From positions 1 to 60,344 of the forward strand of contig JBBRAE010000017.1 in the NCBI GenBank assembly GCA_038207085.1: a DNA stretch of 60,344 bases, read 5' to 3'. The notes below the pieces were generated by a model that had not been told where the DNA came from, made no database searches, and worked only from the letters and a program-made list of their open reading frames with translations. The position numbers and the translations under genes are program-made. Each line of letters begins with the position of its first letter. The first letter of the stretch is position 1. This DNA comes from Armatimonadota bacterium. GTDB lineage: Bacteria; Armatimonadota; UBA5829; DTLH01. Positions 47,318 to 57,697 of this stretch are shown piece after piece.

Positions 47318-49417
47318 CTACTTCAGGACAAAACTCCCCTGAAGACCATCATCAGAGCTTGTCCCAACCCAGACCCGGAACTCCCCAGGCTCGACCGTCG
47401 GCGAAAGGTCTTGTCCGATGAACGAAAGCGACTCAGGAGTGAGCGTGAAAGCAACACGGCGGGACTCGCCGGGGGCCAGGGTGATCCGACTGAAGCCCTT
47501 CAGCTCCTTCACTGGCCGGGTGACGCTTGCTGTGACGTCCCTGATATAGAGTTGGGCGACTTCGTCCCCTGCCCGGCTCCCCGTGTTGGTTACAAGAGCG
47601 CTTACCTCGATGTTCTGCCCCATCGCAGGCGACTCGGGGGTGATTTTGAGATCGCTATAGGCAAAAGTCGTGTAGGAAAGCCCGTAGCCGAACGGGAAAA
47701 GCGGCGTAGGAACGACGTCGAGATAGCGAGAAACCCAAGTCCCATTTGGATCGATCGGCGGGCGTCCTGTGTTCTTGTGATTGTAGTGGATCGGCACCTG
47801 TCCCGTAACCCTCGGGAAGCTCGCGGGAAGTTTTCCTCCGGGGTTGGTGTCGCCGAAGAGCACGTCCACAGCGGCAAGTGCGCCGCCGGAGCCCGAGTGC
47901 CAGGCTTCGAGGAGCGCGGGGACGTTTTCGGCAAGCCACGTGCATGCAAGCGGGCGACCGTTGATCAGGACGACGACGGTGGGAGTGCCTGTGGCGACAA
48001 TCGCCTTTACAAGCTCCTCCTGGTTGCCTTGCAGGCCGATGTCGGAGACGCTGTGCGCTTCACCGGCACGGTCAGAGTCCTCACCGACGACGACAATCGC
48101 CACTTCCGCGCGCTTTGCCGCTTCGATCGCGCCGCAAAAGTCGGGGTCGCTGCCATCGTTTTCAATAACTTCTGTGTTGGCTGAGACAGCGCCTTTGACC
48201 GCGTCGACAAAGGGGGTAAACGAGTCCGGGCCGCCGATGACCGTCCAACAGCCGCGCCACTCGAACTTCTTCTCCTCTGTGACGTACGGGCCGATCACTG
48301 CGACGCTTTTGGTGTCTTTTGCAAGCGGCAGGAGTCCGCCTTCGTTCTTTAGAAGCACCATACACCGCGCCGCGACCTCTTGGGAGGCATTGAGGTGCTC
48401 GTCAGAGAGGATCACGCTCTTTCTGCCTTCGTCTACGTAGGGGTTTTCGAATAGCCCAAGGCGCGCTTTGATGCGAAGAACGCGGCGGACGGCTTCATCT
48501 ATGACCGACTCTTCGACCTCGCCGCTGGCGACAAGCTGCGGGAGGTTCTCTCTGTAGAGTCTGCTCTCCATCTCCATGTCGCAGCCGGCTGTGATCGATT
48601 TACGTGCGGCCTCGCGCCCGTCTGCGGCGACGCCGTGGGGGATCAGCTCACGAACGGCCCAGCAGTCGCTTACTACAAAGCCGTCAAAGCCCCATTCGTC
48701 CCGGAGGATACCCGTCAAAAGATTGTGGTTTGCGGTGCAGGGGATACCCGAAATCTCGTTGAACGCGGTCATCAGCGTGCCTGCACCTGCGTCGACAGCA
48801 GCCCTAAACGATGGGAGATAGACCTCGCGAAGCATGCGCTCGCTCACATCGACGGTGTTGTAGTCACGACCGCCCTCGGCTGCCCCGTAGGCGGCGAAGT
48901 GCTTGACGCAGGCACACATCTTGGTCGGGTCGGAGAGGTCGTCACCCTGGTAGCCTCGAACCGTCGCCTCAGCCATCCGGGAGCAGAGGAATGTGTCCTC
49001 CCCATAGCCCTCGGCGATTCTGCCCCAGCGGGGGTCGCGGGCGATGTCGACCATCGGAGAAAACGTCCAGCGAACGCCTTCGGCGGTCGCCTCGGCTGCC
49101 GAAACGTGCGCGACGCGCTCCGCAACCGACGGGTCAAACGACGCTGCCTGGGCAAGCGGCAGCGGGAAAATCGTATGCTGGCCGTGGATCACGTCCTGGC
49201 CGAAGATTATCGGAATCCCAAGGTGCGACTCGTTTACTGCCACGCGCTGTATCTCATTGGTGCGCTCGGCGTTGACCTTGATGAACATCGAGCCGATCCG
49301 GCCCGCGCGGACCATATCGAGATCTTCCTCCCCGTGCGACCACGTGGTGAAGAGCTGCCCGATCTTCTCATCGAGCGTCATTTTGGCAATAATCTCGTTT
49401 ATCTTGTTCTCTTGCAT
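47318..49417 (-). CDS. GH3 beta-glucosidase (BglX-like) with a C-terminal Fn3-like domain; no signal peptide
   Basis: DVIHG, RDPRWGR, KHFAAY, VVSDCW nucleophile motif, PFGYGLSYT, KELKGF. Confidence 0.93.
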   Translation of the reverse strand: MQENKINEIIAKMTLDEKIGQLFTTWSHGEEDLDMVRAGRIGSMFIKVNAERTNEIQRVAVNESHLGIPIIFGQDVIHGQHTIFPLPLAQAASFDPSVAERVAHVSAAEATAEGVRWTFSPMVDIARDPRWGRIAEGYGEDTFLCSRMAEATVRGYQGDDLSDPTKMCACVKHFAAYGAAEGGRDYNTVDVSERMLREVYLPSFRAAVDAGAGTLMTAFNEISGIPCTANHNLLTGILRDEWGFDGFVVSDCWAVRELIPHGVAADGREAARKSITAGCDMEMESRLYRENLPQLVASGEVEESVIDEAVRRVLRIKARLGLFENPYVDEGRKSVILSDEHLNASQEVAARCMVLLKNEGGLLPLAKDTKSVAVIGPYVTEEKKFEWRGCWTVIGGPDSFTPFVDAVKGAVSANTEVIENDGSDPDFCGAIEAAKRAEVAIVVVGEDSDRAGEAHSVSDIGLQGNQEELVKAIVATGTPTVVVLINGRPLACTWLAENVPALLEAWHSGSGGALAAVDVLFGDTNPGGKLPASFPRVTGQVPIHYNHKNTGRPPIDPNGTWVSRYLDVVPTPLFPFGYGLSYTTFAYSDLKITPESPAMGQNIEVSALVTNTGSRAGDEVAQLYIRDVTASVTRPVKELKGFSRITLAPGESRRVAFTLTPESLSFIGQDLSPTVEPGEFRVWVGTSSDDGLQGSFVLK

Positions 49418-49453
49418 TGAAAACCCCTTTCAAACTCGAACACTGTATACTTA

Positions 49454-49465
49454 GCAAACGTTCGC
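49454..49465. promoter_or_regulatory. Putative LacI-family operator upstream of the GH3 gene
   Basis: GCAAACGTTCGC quasi-palindrome with central CG. Confidence 0.4.
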
Positions 49466-49579
49466 ACATGTCCCTCCAAGAGTTTTGACTCAGGTGTTTT
49501 GAGTGGCAGCTATGGGTAGTGAATTATCCGACCCCGACAAGCTAGCGGGGCAAGCTTCAACAAAGGAGGATCATCACAA

Positions 49580-50422
49580 GTGAGCAAATCATGGATGATC
49601 GCATCGACCGTAGCAGTATCAGCGGCCCTCGTCGGGGGCCTGCCGGTCCCAGTCGCCGCCAACGGACACAAACCTGCGGCAAAAAAGTCCACGGCTCCCG
49701 TCGGCGCGGGACCGTCAAACGGCACAATGCCCAGCGGAGTAGCGACGCCTGCGGCTATCAACCAGCGCGGGCACGTCAACAACATGTGTGAGGCAATGCA
49801 GATGATGCAACTGCTCGTCCAGCAGAAGGGCGGAATGAGCACGTTTGGCGACTATATGTTGGCCTACGTGGTCGACGCCCCCAAGGGCTGGTATGAGACA
49901 CGTGACGGAAGCCTTGCCTGGAGGCCGCCCGCACCGACCGAAACCCAGCACATTGAAGCCGTCATCATGGATTCTCTCACCGGGCAGCCCCTGCCGATGA
50001 CCGGGGTCACACTCGATGTGCTCACCCCCTCAGGGACCGTCGTGCAGAGCCAGCCGCTCGCCTTCTACTGGCATCCGATGGGCAACCACTACGGGGCAAA
50101 CTACAGCATCCCGACCGCGGGAACCTACACCATCCGCGTGCAAGCGCCCGCGCCTGACTTCCGACGGCACAACATCAAGCTTGGGAACCGCCTCACAGAT
50201 CCGGTGGATGCAAGTTTCACAGGCGTCAAGCTGACCCCACTGACCCCAGCGCCGTCCGAACTTGCAGCGCCGGGCACGGATACAACAGTCGCGCCGACGG
50301 AGAATGAAATGCCTCCGGCCGCGCCAACCGGCAGCGGACCGGCTATGACGACACCGGCGACCCCGGCGAACCCGTCCGACCTGACCCAGCCTTATACAAC
50401 ACCACCATCTCCATCACAATAG
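49580..50422 (+). CDS. Exported P19/Tp34-like metal (iron) transport protein with a Pro/Thr-rich tail
   Basis: HIEA, WHPMGNHYGAN, G-x-Y, APDFRRH motifs; signal peptide. Confidence 0.7.
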   Translation: MSKSWMIASTVAVSAALVGGLPVPVAANGHKPAAKKSTAPVGAGPSNGTMPSGVATPAAINQRGHVNNMCEAMQMMQLLVQQKGGMSTFGDYMLAYVVDAPKGWYETRDGSLAWRPPAPTETQHIEAVIMDSLTGQPLPMTGVTLDVLTPSGTVVQSQPLAFYWHPMGNHYGANYSIPTAGTYTIRVQAPAPDFRRHNIKLGNRLTDPVDASFTGVKLTPLTPAPSELAAPGTDTTVAPTENEMPPAAPTGSGPAMTTPATPANPSDLTQPYTTPPSPSQ

Positions 50423-50515
50423 GAAAACATTCCGGGGGATGCTCTGCCGCTCTGCCTTGACCATCGCGGAGCATCCCCCTATACTGGATTCATCAGAACC
50501 AACCCGAAAAGGAGA

Positions 50516-51532
50516 TTGCGTATGGATCCGGTGACAAATGAGATACGCTGCGCCGTAGTGGGTTACGGCCCGGCATTTGGAATGGGTAAGAGACACCTTG
50601 AGTGGCTGAGTATGGCCGATGGTCTTAGGGGAGTCGCGGCCTGCGACAAATACCCGCCGAACCTGGAGTCAGCAAGGATCGAGTATCCCGACATCAGAAC
50701 GTATTCCGACTACGGCTACCTGCTCGCCGACCAAAACGTCGACCTGGTGGTCGTGATCACCCCGCACAACACCCACTTCGAGCTTGCGATGCAGGCGCTC
50801 AAAGCAGGCAAGCACGTCGTCATCGAAAAGCCGATGTGCGTCACCATCGATCAGGCCACCGAGCTGATCGAAACCGCACGGGCAAGCAACCTTGTGCTCA
50901 CAGTCTTCCACAACAGGCGGCGTGACGGCGACTTCCTCGCGATCAAAGAGGTAATCGATCGCGGAGTGATCGGTGAGGTCTTCCACGTCGAGGCGTTTAT
51001 GGGCAACTATTCGAAGCCCGGTGACTGGTGGAGGTCCGACAAAGAGATCTCCGGCGGCGCGTTCTACGACTGGGGAGCGCACGTTGTCGACTGGGTGCTG
51101 CACTTCATCCCCGATAAGATGGAGTCGGTGACGGGGTTCTTCCACAAGCGGGTATGGGACCACTGCACCAACGAGGACCAGACGCAGGCGATCATCCGCT
51201 TCGCAGACGGCAAGATGGCCGACATCCAGATTTCAAGCATCGCCTACGCAGGAAAACCGCGCTTCAGGATTCTAGGTACCAAGGGCGCAATCGTCGACAA
51301 CTACAGCGACAGCTTCAAAGTGACCACCGAGCACGAAGGCTACCCCGCCGAGCTTACCGTCAAATACAAAGAAACCAAGTGGGAAGACTACTACGAAAGC
51401 CTCGCGCGGCATATGATCGACGGAGCCCCGCTTGAGGTGACGCCTGAGTCCACCCGGAGAGTGATCGCGGTACTCGAGCTCTCCGAGAAGTCATCAAAGA
51501 GCGGCCAGGCTGAGCCGGTGCCGTTTGAATAG
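50516..51532 (+). CDS. Gfo/Idh/MocA family oxidoreductase
   Basis: VVGYG, TPHNTH, GKHVVIEKP, GGAFYDWGAH. Confidence 0.92.
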   Translation: MRMDPVTNEIRCAVVGYGPAFGMGKRHLEWLSMADGLRGVAACDKYPPNLESARIEYPDIRTYSDYGYLLADQNVDLVVVITPHNTHFELAMQALKAGKHVVIEKPMCVTIDQATELIETARASNLVLTVFHNRRRDGDFLAIKEVIDRGVIGEVFHVEAFMGNYSKPGDWWRSDKEISGGAFYDWGAHVVDWVLHFIPDKMESVTGFFHKRVWDHCTNEDQTQAIIRFADGKMADIQISSIAYAGKPRFRILGTKGAIVDNYSDSFKVTTEHEGYPAELTVKYKETKWEDYYESLARHMIDGAPLEVTPESTRRVIAVLELSEKSSKSGQAEPVPFE

Positions 51533-51630
51533 AGCTGTTAGCTGTTAGCAACCAGATCAGATCGTGCCGTGTCTCCTGACACGGCACGCACGTTTTCGCG
51601 ATCAGGCCCGACAAATTGATCAACTACCGC

Positions 51631-51780
51631 TGTAGGGGCGGACCAATGTGTCCGCCCTTTCCCGACGACGGCGAATATGTCACCGACGAACCCGTCGGCA
51701 GTCGGGTCGCTCTAATCTGGCTCACTGGTGGCGTATTGATCTTAGCCGATCAAGGGCGCACACACTGGTGCGCCCCTACA
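51631..51780. repeat. Inverted pair of GTAG-type REP sequences (REPIN-like)
   Basis: GTAGGGGCGGACCAATGTGTCCGCCC on + and GTAGGGGCGCACCAGTGTGTGCGCCC on -. Confidence 0.8.
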
Positions 51781-51797
51781 AGGTACCTCAGGAGTAG

Positions 51798-52136
51798 ATG
51801 ATGAACAACAACGTCATACTAATCGGCTCAGCGAGTCTCGGAGCCGCAGACAAAGAACTTGGAGGCGTCCTCCTAGCAAACTTCCTGAGACTCCTCGGTG
51901 AGCGCGAGGAACTGCCTGAGTTTGTGGTTCTTTGGAACGAAGGGGTCAGGGCCACGGTTGACGGCTCCATCTGGATTGATCACATGAAGAAGCTTGAGGG
52001 TCGTGGGGTCAGGATCATCTCTTGCAGGACTTGTGTCGAGTATTTCGGGCTTGAGGGGCAGATCGGCGCGGGGGAGATCGGGACTATGCCGCAGATTCAG
52101 GAGATTTTGCTCGCCAACCGGGTGCTTACGGTGTAA
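51798..52136 (+). CDS. DsrE-family / YedF-like sulfurtransferase-related protein
   Basis: LG..D.ELG..L..NF, NEGV, SCRTC.EYFGL, G.IGTM. Confidence 0.82.
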   Translation: MMNNNVILIGSASLGAADKELGGVLLANFLRLLGEREELPEFVVLWNEGVRATVDGSIWIDHMKKLEGRGVRIISCRTCVEYFGLEGQIGAGEIGTMPQIQEILLANRVLTV

Positions 52137-52212
52137 GATGAAAGCGCGCACCGCCCGGGGCTAATTGGGCGGCGCGCACCGCAGGTGAATCTACCCTTCA
52201 GGAGGGTTTCGT

Positions 52213-52482
52213 CTACATACTATGGAATGACTCTATCTGCTCTGGAGTAAACTTCAACACCTCCACGACGTGAGCCTTGTCGCGGATAATCTCGGGGATC
52301 AGTTGCTCTGCCTCCGTCTTGCTTCCCGCTTCGACGGTAGCCCAGCCTACATGCTCCCCGACCTTACACCCGAACTCCATTCTGTCAAGAAGCTCGGGAT
52401 GCTCGGCCTTGATCTCATCCAAAGCCGTCATGCACTCTTCTTTGCTGTGAGGAGACTCAATTACAAATCGCGCCATCTTCAT
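52213..52482 (-). CDS. Hypothetical protein (89 aa)
   Basis: GGAGG RBS; FVIESPH..EEC, FGC..GEH.GW pattern. Confidence 0.7.
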   Translation of the reverse strand: MKMARFVIESPHSKEECMTALDEIKAEHPELLDRMEFGCKVGEHVGWATVEAGSKTEAEQLIPEIIRDKAHVVEVLKFTPEQIESFHSM

Positions 52483-52621
52483 CCTCCCCCAAATCTAGGT
52501 CCACATTAGTTATCTACCCTGCGCTGTTTGCGAACAAACGAAGATTACTCATAGAATATTTCGGGTGTTGCCAATGAGGGGGCCGCCGGTGAAACGCTCA
52601 CCGACGGCATTGGAGCGTTTG

Positions 52622-53935
52622 CTAGCTCTGACTTGCTGTGATCGCCTGATCGAGGTCGGCGATAATGTCGTCGAGGTTCTCTAGCCCGACTGAAAGGCGA
52701 ACGTAATCGTCGCTCACGCCGGTGGACACCTGCTCCTCGGGGGTGAGCTGCTGGTGGGTGGTCGAGGCCGGGTGGATGATCAGGCTCTTGGAGTCGCCGA
52801 TGTTGGCGAGGTGGCTGAAGAGCTTGACGTTATCGATCAGCTTGGCCCCCGCCGCGCTCCCTCCCTTGATCCCAAAGCCTACGATCGCGCCGAAGCCGTT
52901 CTTCAGGTATTTCACGGCGTTTGCGTGGTCCTTATGGCTCTCAAGCCCAGGGTAGTTGACCCAACTGACCAATGGGTGTGCCTCAAGCCACTTTGCGACT
53001 GCGAACGCGTTCTTAGACTGCTCCCTGATTCGCAAGGGGAGCGTCTCGATCCCCTGAAGGAACAAGAATGCGTTGAACGGAGAAAGCGCGGGGCCGAGGT
53101 CGCGCAGTAGATTGACCCGCGCCTTGATGATATAGGCGATACCTGGGACAACCGCCTGGTCGTGCAGGCCAAACGCCGCCCAGTAGGATAGCCCGTGGTA
53201 GGAAGGGTCAGGCTCCACAAGCTCGGGGTACTTGCCGTTGTTCCAGTTGAACTTGCCCGAGTCGACGATCGCGCCGCCGATCGAAGTGCCGTGCCCGCCG
53301 ATAAACTTGGTGAGCGAGTAGACAACGATATCCGCCCCAAAGTCGAAGGGACGCAATACCGGCGGGGGGCTAACAGTGTTGTCGACCACAAACGGGATGC
53401 CGTGACTGTGGGCGATGTCGGCTATCGCCTGGAAGTCGTCTACGTTGTTCGCGGGGTTGCCGATCGACTCGGTGTAGATGAGCCGGGTATTCTCATCGAT
53501 TACCCCTTCAAAGCTGGCCGGGTCTCGGGAGTCGACAAAACGCACCTCTATGCCAAGCCTGGGCAGCGTGTAATGGAAAAGGTTGTATGTGCCGCCGTAG
53601 AGGTAGCTTGTCGAGACGATGTTCTGGCCCGCGCGGGCAATGTTGAGAATCGCAAGAGTGATCGCCGACTGGCCCGAGGCCACTGCGAGAGCGCCTGCGC
53701 CCCCGTCGAGCTCTGCGAGCCGCTTTTCGAGGACATCGGTGGTGGGGTTCATTATCCGGGTATAGATATTGCCGAACTCTTTCAGCCCGAACAGGTTCGC
53801 CGCGTGTTCGCTCGAGTTGAATACGTAGGAAGTCGTCTGGTAGATCGGCACCGCGCGCGATCCGGTGGTCGGGTCCGGCGTCTGCCCGCCGTGAAGCGCT
53901 GTGGTCTCTATTCCGGGTTTGGACTGGTCACTCAT
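52622..53935 (-). CDS. metY: O-acetylhomoserine aminocarboxypropyltransferase (homocysteine synthase)
   Basis: [31 protein letters not shown] (PLP Lys), [18 protein letters not shown]; start moved to ATG 53935. Confidence 0.92.
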   Translation of the reverse strand: MSDQSKPGIETTALHGGQTPDPTTGSRAVPIYQTTSYVFNSSEHAANLFGLKEFGNIYTRIMNPTTDVLEKRLAELDGGAGALAVASGQSAITLAILNIARAGQNIVSTSYLYGGTYNLFHYTLPRLGIEVRFVDSRDPASFEGVIDENTRLIYTESIGNPANNVDDFQAIADIAHSHGIPFVVDNTVSPPPVLRPFDFGADIVVYSLTKFIGGHGTSIGGAIVDSGKFNWNNGKYPELVEPDPSYHGLSYWAAFGLHDQAVVPGIAYIIKARVNLLRDLGPALSPFNAFLFLQGIETLPLRIREQSKNAFAVAKWLEAHPLVSWVNYPGLESHKDHANAVKYLKNGFGAIVGFGIKGGSAAGAKLIDNVKLFSHLANIGDSKSLIIHPASTTHQQLTPEEQVSTGVSDDYVRLSVGLENLDDIIADLDQAITASQS

Positions 53936-54005
53936 CTTGTTTCCTCCTGTGCTGACGGCGCACATAACGCCGTCGAGCTGATTATCCGCGAAGTGTGTTT
54001 TAAAC

Positions 54006-54054
54006 TAAGTTGATCAACTTACTCTACTATACCGGGCATCCGTGGGCTTGTCAA
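54006..54054 (-). promoter_or_regulatory. metY promoter with a perfect 16-bp palindrome over the start site
   Basis: TTGACA-17 nt-TATAGT; TAAGTTGATCAACTTA at 54006-54021. Confidence 0.7.
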
Positions 54055-54085
54055 CGGGTTTGGCGAAATAAGTTGCGGAATATTT

Positions 54086-54175
54086 GGGGAGAGGGCTAGG
54101 GGATAGGGGCTGGGGATTAGGGGCCAGAGGCCGGGGCTGGTTTTCCCAACCCCTAACCCCCAGCCCCTAACCCCT
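54086..54175. repeat. Inverted heptamer tandem repeats (STRR-like, G-rich then C-rich)
   Basis: GGGCTAG GGGATAG GGGCTGG GGATTAG GGGCCAG ... CCAACCC CTAACCC CCAGCCC CTAACCC. Confidence 0.75.
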
Positions 54176-54180
54176 GTATC

Positions 54181-57100
54181 TTATCCCGCGGTCAGGCGGA
54201 ACTGCCGCAGGTCGTGCTTCTTGATCGGGAAGCTGAACTTATTCCCATCGACTGCAATCTGCTCGCCGGTCTCCATATCGACGACTTTGAAGCCGCCGGT
54301 GAAGCCTGCTACGGAGTTATCTACCTCGAAGGTCACTTCAGTGTCACCCTCGGCGTAGTTCGTCGCGGCGAGAATCGCTTCCTTGCCCGCTCGGACGTAC
54401 TGGACCGTCTGGACGGCGGGGTCGCTCGCCCTGATCGGCTGCGGGCGGTCGTCCCAGTAGCGGTAGGCGACACAGTCAGGCTCCTGCACAATGTCGCAGA
54501 TCGGCATTCGGAGCTTGTAGTGCAGCATATTTTCGTAGGTGTCGCCCTCGGGGAGCGGCTCCATGTGCCAGAAGTAGCGGTCGATGATAAGCTCGTTCAC
54601 GGTGCAGACCGCGTGCTGGGTGCGCACACACCAGTCCTCGAACTTGCGCTTGCCGTTGTCGTGGAGCATAATCGGCCAGACGCCTGCGTGCTCGCCGTTT
54701 GAGACGCCGAGCAGATACTCGCGGCTGAAGCGGTCGTGAACATCACCCTCAGAGAACTTCCACTCCCAGTCATACTGCACGGTGTAGAAGGCGTTGATCG
54801 GCAGGACCTGCGTGGTCGACATGTGGTTCATGTTGATCGGCAGCATCCCACGCTCGTTCATGTAGATGAACGTCCTCTTGGCAAGCTCGCGCAGGCCCCA
54901 GATGCCTGTAGAGGGCATAACAGAGCCGTCTTCGGTTTTGTAGGCTGCGGTCATCTCGGTGTTGTTTGTCGCGCAGAAGTAGTTGTTGTCGACGTAGACG
55001 CCGGTGTTCCCGGCAACATCGAAGCTCTTGCCATACCAGTAGAGCGCGTAATCGAGATAAGAGTCACTCGGAGTGATCCTGATCTCATGCGGCGCGCGCC
55101 CCGCACGATAGTTGAACTCATCCATCCCCCACTCGTCTGCAAATGTATGCCACTCATCATAGACTGGTGAGCTTGAGCGGTCGTAGTAGAAGATCATTGT
55201 CGTGCCGAACCGGTTGCGCATGTTCTTTGGGGCAATGAGCTCCCACTCTTCCAGATGGTTGTCCCAACCGTAGGGCTCGAAGTGCTTGCGTCCGTATTTG
55301 ACGAACTCGTCGACCTCGGAGTCGGAAAGCCTTTCGGTGTTGGCGCGCTTGATCATCTCCCAGAGGTGCATGTCTTTGTTCGCAGGGAAGACCGAACCAC
55401 AGATGCCGAGGGCGAACCAGTGACGGTCGCAGCCGAGGATACTGTAGTTCTTGGTGTACCACTTGTGCCTCCAACCATCGAGCATCGGTTTGACCGGCGC
55501 TCCCTGCATGCCGAAGGTGATTGTGCGCGGCGAGTCGATAGCTACAGGCTTGTTCACGAGGTGGACGATCACCGAAACCGTGCCGTCGGCCTTGCGGACA
55601 ACGTCCAGGTTCGGTTTTTCGCGGTCCCAGCTCCACCCCTGATCGTTTTCGGTGAACCAGCAGAGCCCCCGGCGCGGGTCGCCGATGAATATATAGCTGC
55701 AGAAGTTCTTCGGGAAGTCGACCGACATCAGCTCTGAGGCCGACCAGACAACGCCCTGACCATCAGGCAACTTGGCTGTGACTACGGGATAGCGCACACC
55801 GTCGGACATCGCGTGAAGGATGTCGGCGAACTCTCCCTTGAGGGGAATCTCAAGGTCAAGTGAGTCGAGGCTCGCCGCGTCCTTGGACGAAATGGTGAGG
55901 TCGACCCGCAGCAAACCGTCGTAATCAAGCGTGGACTTGGTCGCAAGCTCGACTGAGCCGATCTTGGCAGTGCTCTCGGCGATGAGAACATCATCGGCGG
56001 CGCTTGTGATCTTGACCTCTGCCGCCTCAACAGGCGCATCTTTGCCGTTTACCCTGGCGAAGTAGTTCATCGGCCCTGCTAGCACGTCTTTGCTCGCGAT
56101 CCCCTGCTGATCGGTCGTTCGAACGGCGTCAAGGAGGCCCAGCGAGTTCAGATCATACTCTTTGAGGACCGTGTGAAGCGTCTTCCCATCGACCTTGATC
56201 GGGGTAAAGGGCGCGTAGACCTCGCGGCTTGTGCCGAGGCCGAGGTGCTCCCACTCATAGGTGTGGCGCTCGAACGGCTTTGCGACCACATCGGCGGGCC
56301 ACCCCTCGCCCTTGGGCTCCGCGCTTATCGTGTAAAGCCCCGAAAGCGCCGGGACCTCGAACTCCATCTCGTGCGTCGTTCCAGCAAACTCCGACGCCTG
56401 CATCCGAATGCTTGCTACAACCTCGTCGCTCTCTTTGGGTCGAATTACAAAATCGATATAATCGAGCTTCGCATCTTCAGGAAGGTCGGATATATCCGCG
56501 CGGACCTTCATCTTGTTGTAGTAGGGATAGTAGGCAAAGTTGAAGTCCACAGGGAACACTTCACGCTCGACGGTTTCCCAACGGGGATCGCGAGGGGCGC
56601 CCCAGGCATAGTGGCGGACATACTGAATATCGCCGGTCGCCTTGTCACGCACCATGGCAAACAGCGCAAACTTGTTTGATACCGGGTCGCTGTCTTTCAG
56701 CCGAAGTTCAGCCGTCTCGCCCGGGGCGATGGTGAACACTTCGTCTTCCTGAATCTCGGGCATGAGGTTTCGTTTGAGGAAAAGATGCGCGGAAAGCTCC
56801 AGCGGCTTTGTTCCGGGGTTGTGCATCGAAAGCGTGGCGTTGACGCTTCGGGTGGTAACGTCGGTTGCGTTCTTGACCTGAATGGCCGCCGCGCCGTCCT
56901 CGACAAACTCAAAGAGAATATCTTCCTGTATCTGATAAGACCTGTTTCCCATGCAGGAGAAAGCCCACGGCTGCTTCCAGTTGCGGGTGAGGTTGATCGC
57001 CCACTTGCCTTCGGTGATCTGTCGGCCCTTGACGATGCTTTCGATCGGAATCTCGATCTCACAGTGCCAGAACCCGTCGTGGAAGCCGTGAGCTATCTTG

Positions 57101-57561
57101 TAGTGGCCTTCCCAACCGTACCACTGATCGCGTGGCACGTCGCCCAGCATGTGGGTCTGGTAGGCCGCGTAGCCTATCGAGTTGGCAAGCATCTGGTAGT
57201 TTACGTTCTTGCTCGCGCCTGGGTCCGGGCAGATCCACACTTCAAGCGAGTCATCCCAGATAAGATTGGCAGTGTTGCTCTTTTGATTGGCGGCGATGCT
57301 TCCTTCGGTCGGAAGCTCGGTCATAATCGCCACATAGAAGTGGGTCCTGGTCGCTCCAACGTAAGCGATTGACCTGCGATCTTCAAGCTTGGCTTCGTGC
57401 GAAAAGCCATCGAACCCCGCCGCGACTTTCCACTCCTCGGGGTCGACGAACCCATCGATCGTCGGAGCTTTCTGCATCAGGGGTACACGGTAAACGTCGT
57501 CAAACGTATAATCGGCAAAATGCTGAGGCAGCCCTTCCAGGCTGAGCACCTCACTACTCAT
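54181..57561 (-). CDS. Large putative glycoside hydrolase (1126 aa): N-terminal CBM9-like domain plus a DUF6067-like catalytic region; no signal peptide
   Basis: APTIDG.VD..EW, WDDSLEVWI, W..EI.IP; DYDG, RGLCWFTEND..W, GVYVDN. Confidence 0.75.
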   Translation of the reverse strand: MSSEVLSLEGLPQHFADYTFDDVYRVPLMQKAPTIDGFVDPEEWKVAAGFDGFSHEAKLEDRRSIAYVGATRTHFYVAIMTELPTEGSIAANQKSNTANLIWDDSLEVWICPDPGASKNVNYQMLANSIGYAAYQTHMLGDVPRDQWYGWEGHYKIAHGFHDGFWHCEIEIPIESIVKGRQITEGKWAINLTRNWKQPWAFSCMGNRSYQIQEDILFEFVEDGAAAIQVKNATDVTTRSVNATLSMHNPGTKPLELSAHLFLKRNLMPEIQEDEVFTIAPGETAELRLKDSDPVSNKFALFAMVRDKATGDIQYVRHYAWGAPRDPRWETVEREVFPVDFNFAYYPYYNKMKVRADISDLPEDAKLDYIDFVIRPKESDEVVASIRMQASEFAGTTHEMEFEVPALSGLYTISAEPKGEGWPADVVAKPFERHTYEWEHLGLGTSREVYAPFTPIKVDGKTLHTVLKEYDLNSLGLLDAVRTTDQQGIASKDVLAGPMNYFARVNGKDAPVEAAEVKITSAADDVLIAESTAKIGSVELATKSTLDYDGLLRVDLTISSKDAASLDSLDLEIPLKGEFADILHAMSDGVRYPVVTAKLPDGQGVVWSASELMSVDFPKNFCSYIFIGDPRRGLCWFTENDQGWSWDREKPNLDVVRKADGTVSVIVHLVNKPVAIDSPRTITFGMQGAPVKPMLDGWRHKWYTKNYSILGCDRHWFALGICGSVFPANKDMHLWEMIKRANTERLSDSEVDEFVKYGRKHFEPYGWDNHLEEWELIAPKNMRNRFGTTMIFYYDRSSSPVYDEWHTFADEWGMDEFNYRAGRAPHEIRITPSDSYLDYALYWYGKSFDVAGNTGVYVDNNYFCATNNTEMTAAYKTEDGSVMPSTGIWGLRELAKRTFIYMNERGMLPINMNHMSTTQVLPINAFYTVQYDWEWKFSEGDVHDRFSREYLLGVSNGEHAGVWPIMLHDNGKRKFEDWCVRTQHAVCTVNELIIDRYFWHMEPLPEGDTYENMLHYKLRMPICDIVQEPDCVAYRYWDDRPQPIRASDPAVQTVQYVRAGKEAILAATNYAEGDTEVTFEVDNSVAGFTGGFKVVDMETGEQIAVDGNKFSFPIKKHDLRQFRLTAG

Positions 57562-57697
57562 AACAATTCTCCTTTACACGGATTCCCTTGCATCGGTCGC
57601 ATATTTGCGCCGTCGCGGGGGAATTTCCTGTCAAGCAGATTATACATGCATTGCGCAGTGAATGGAAGGGCTTTGGGCCAACGGTTGCCTGATGGCC

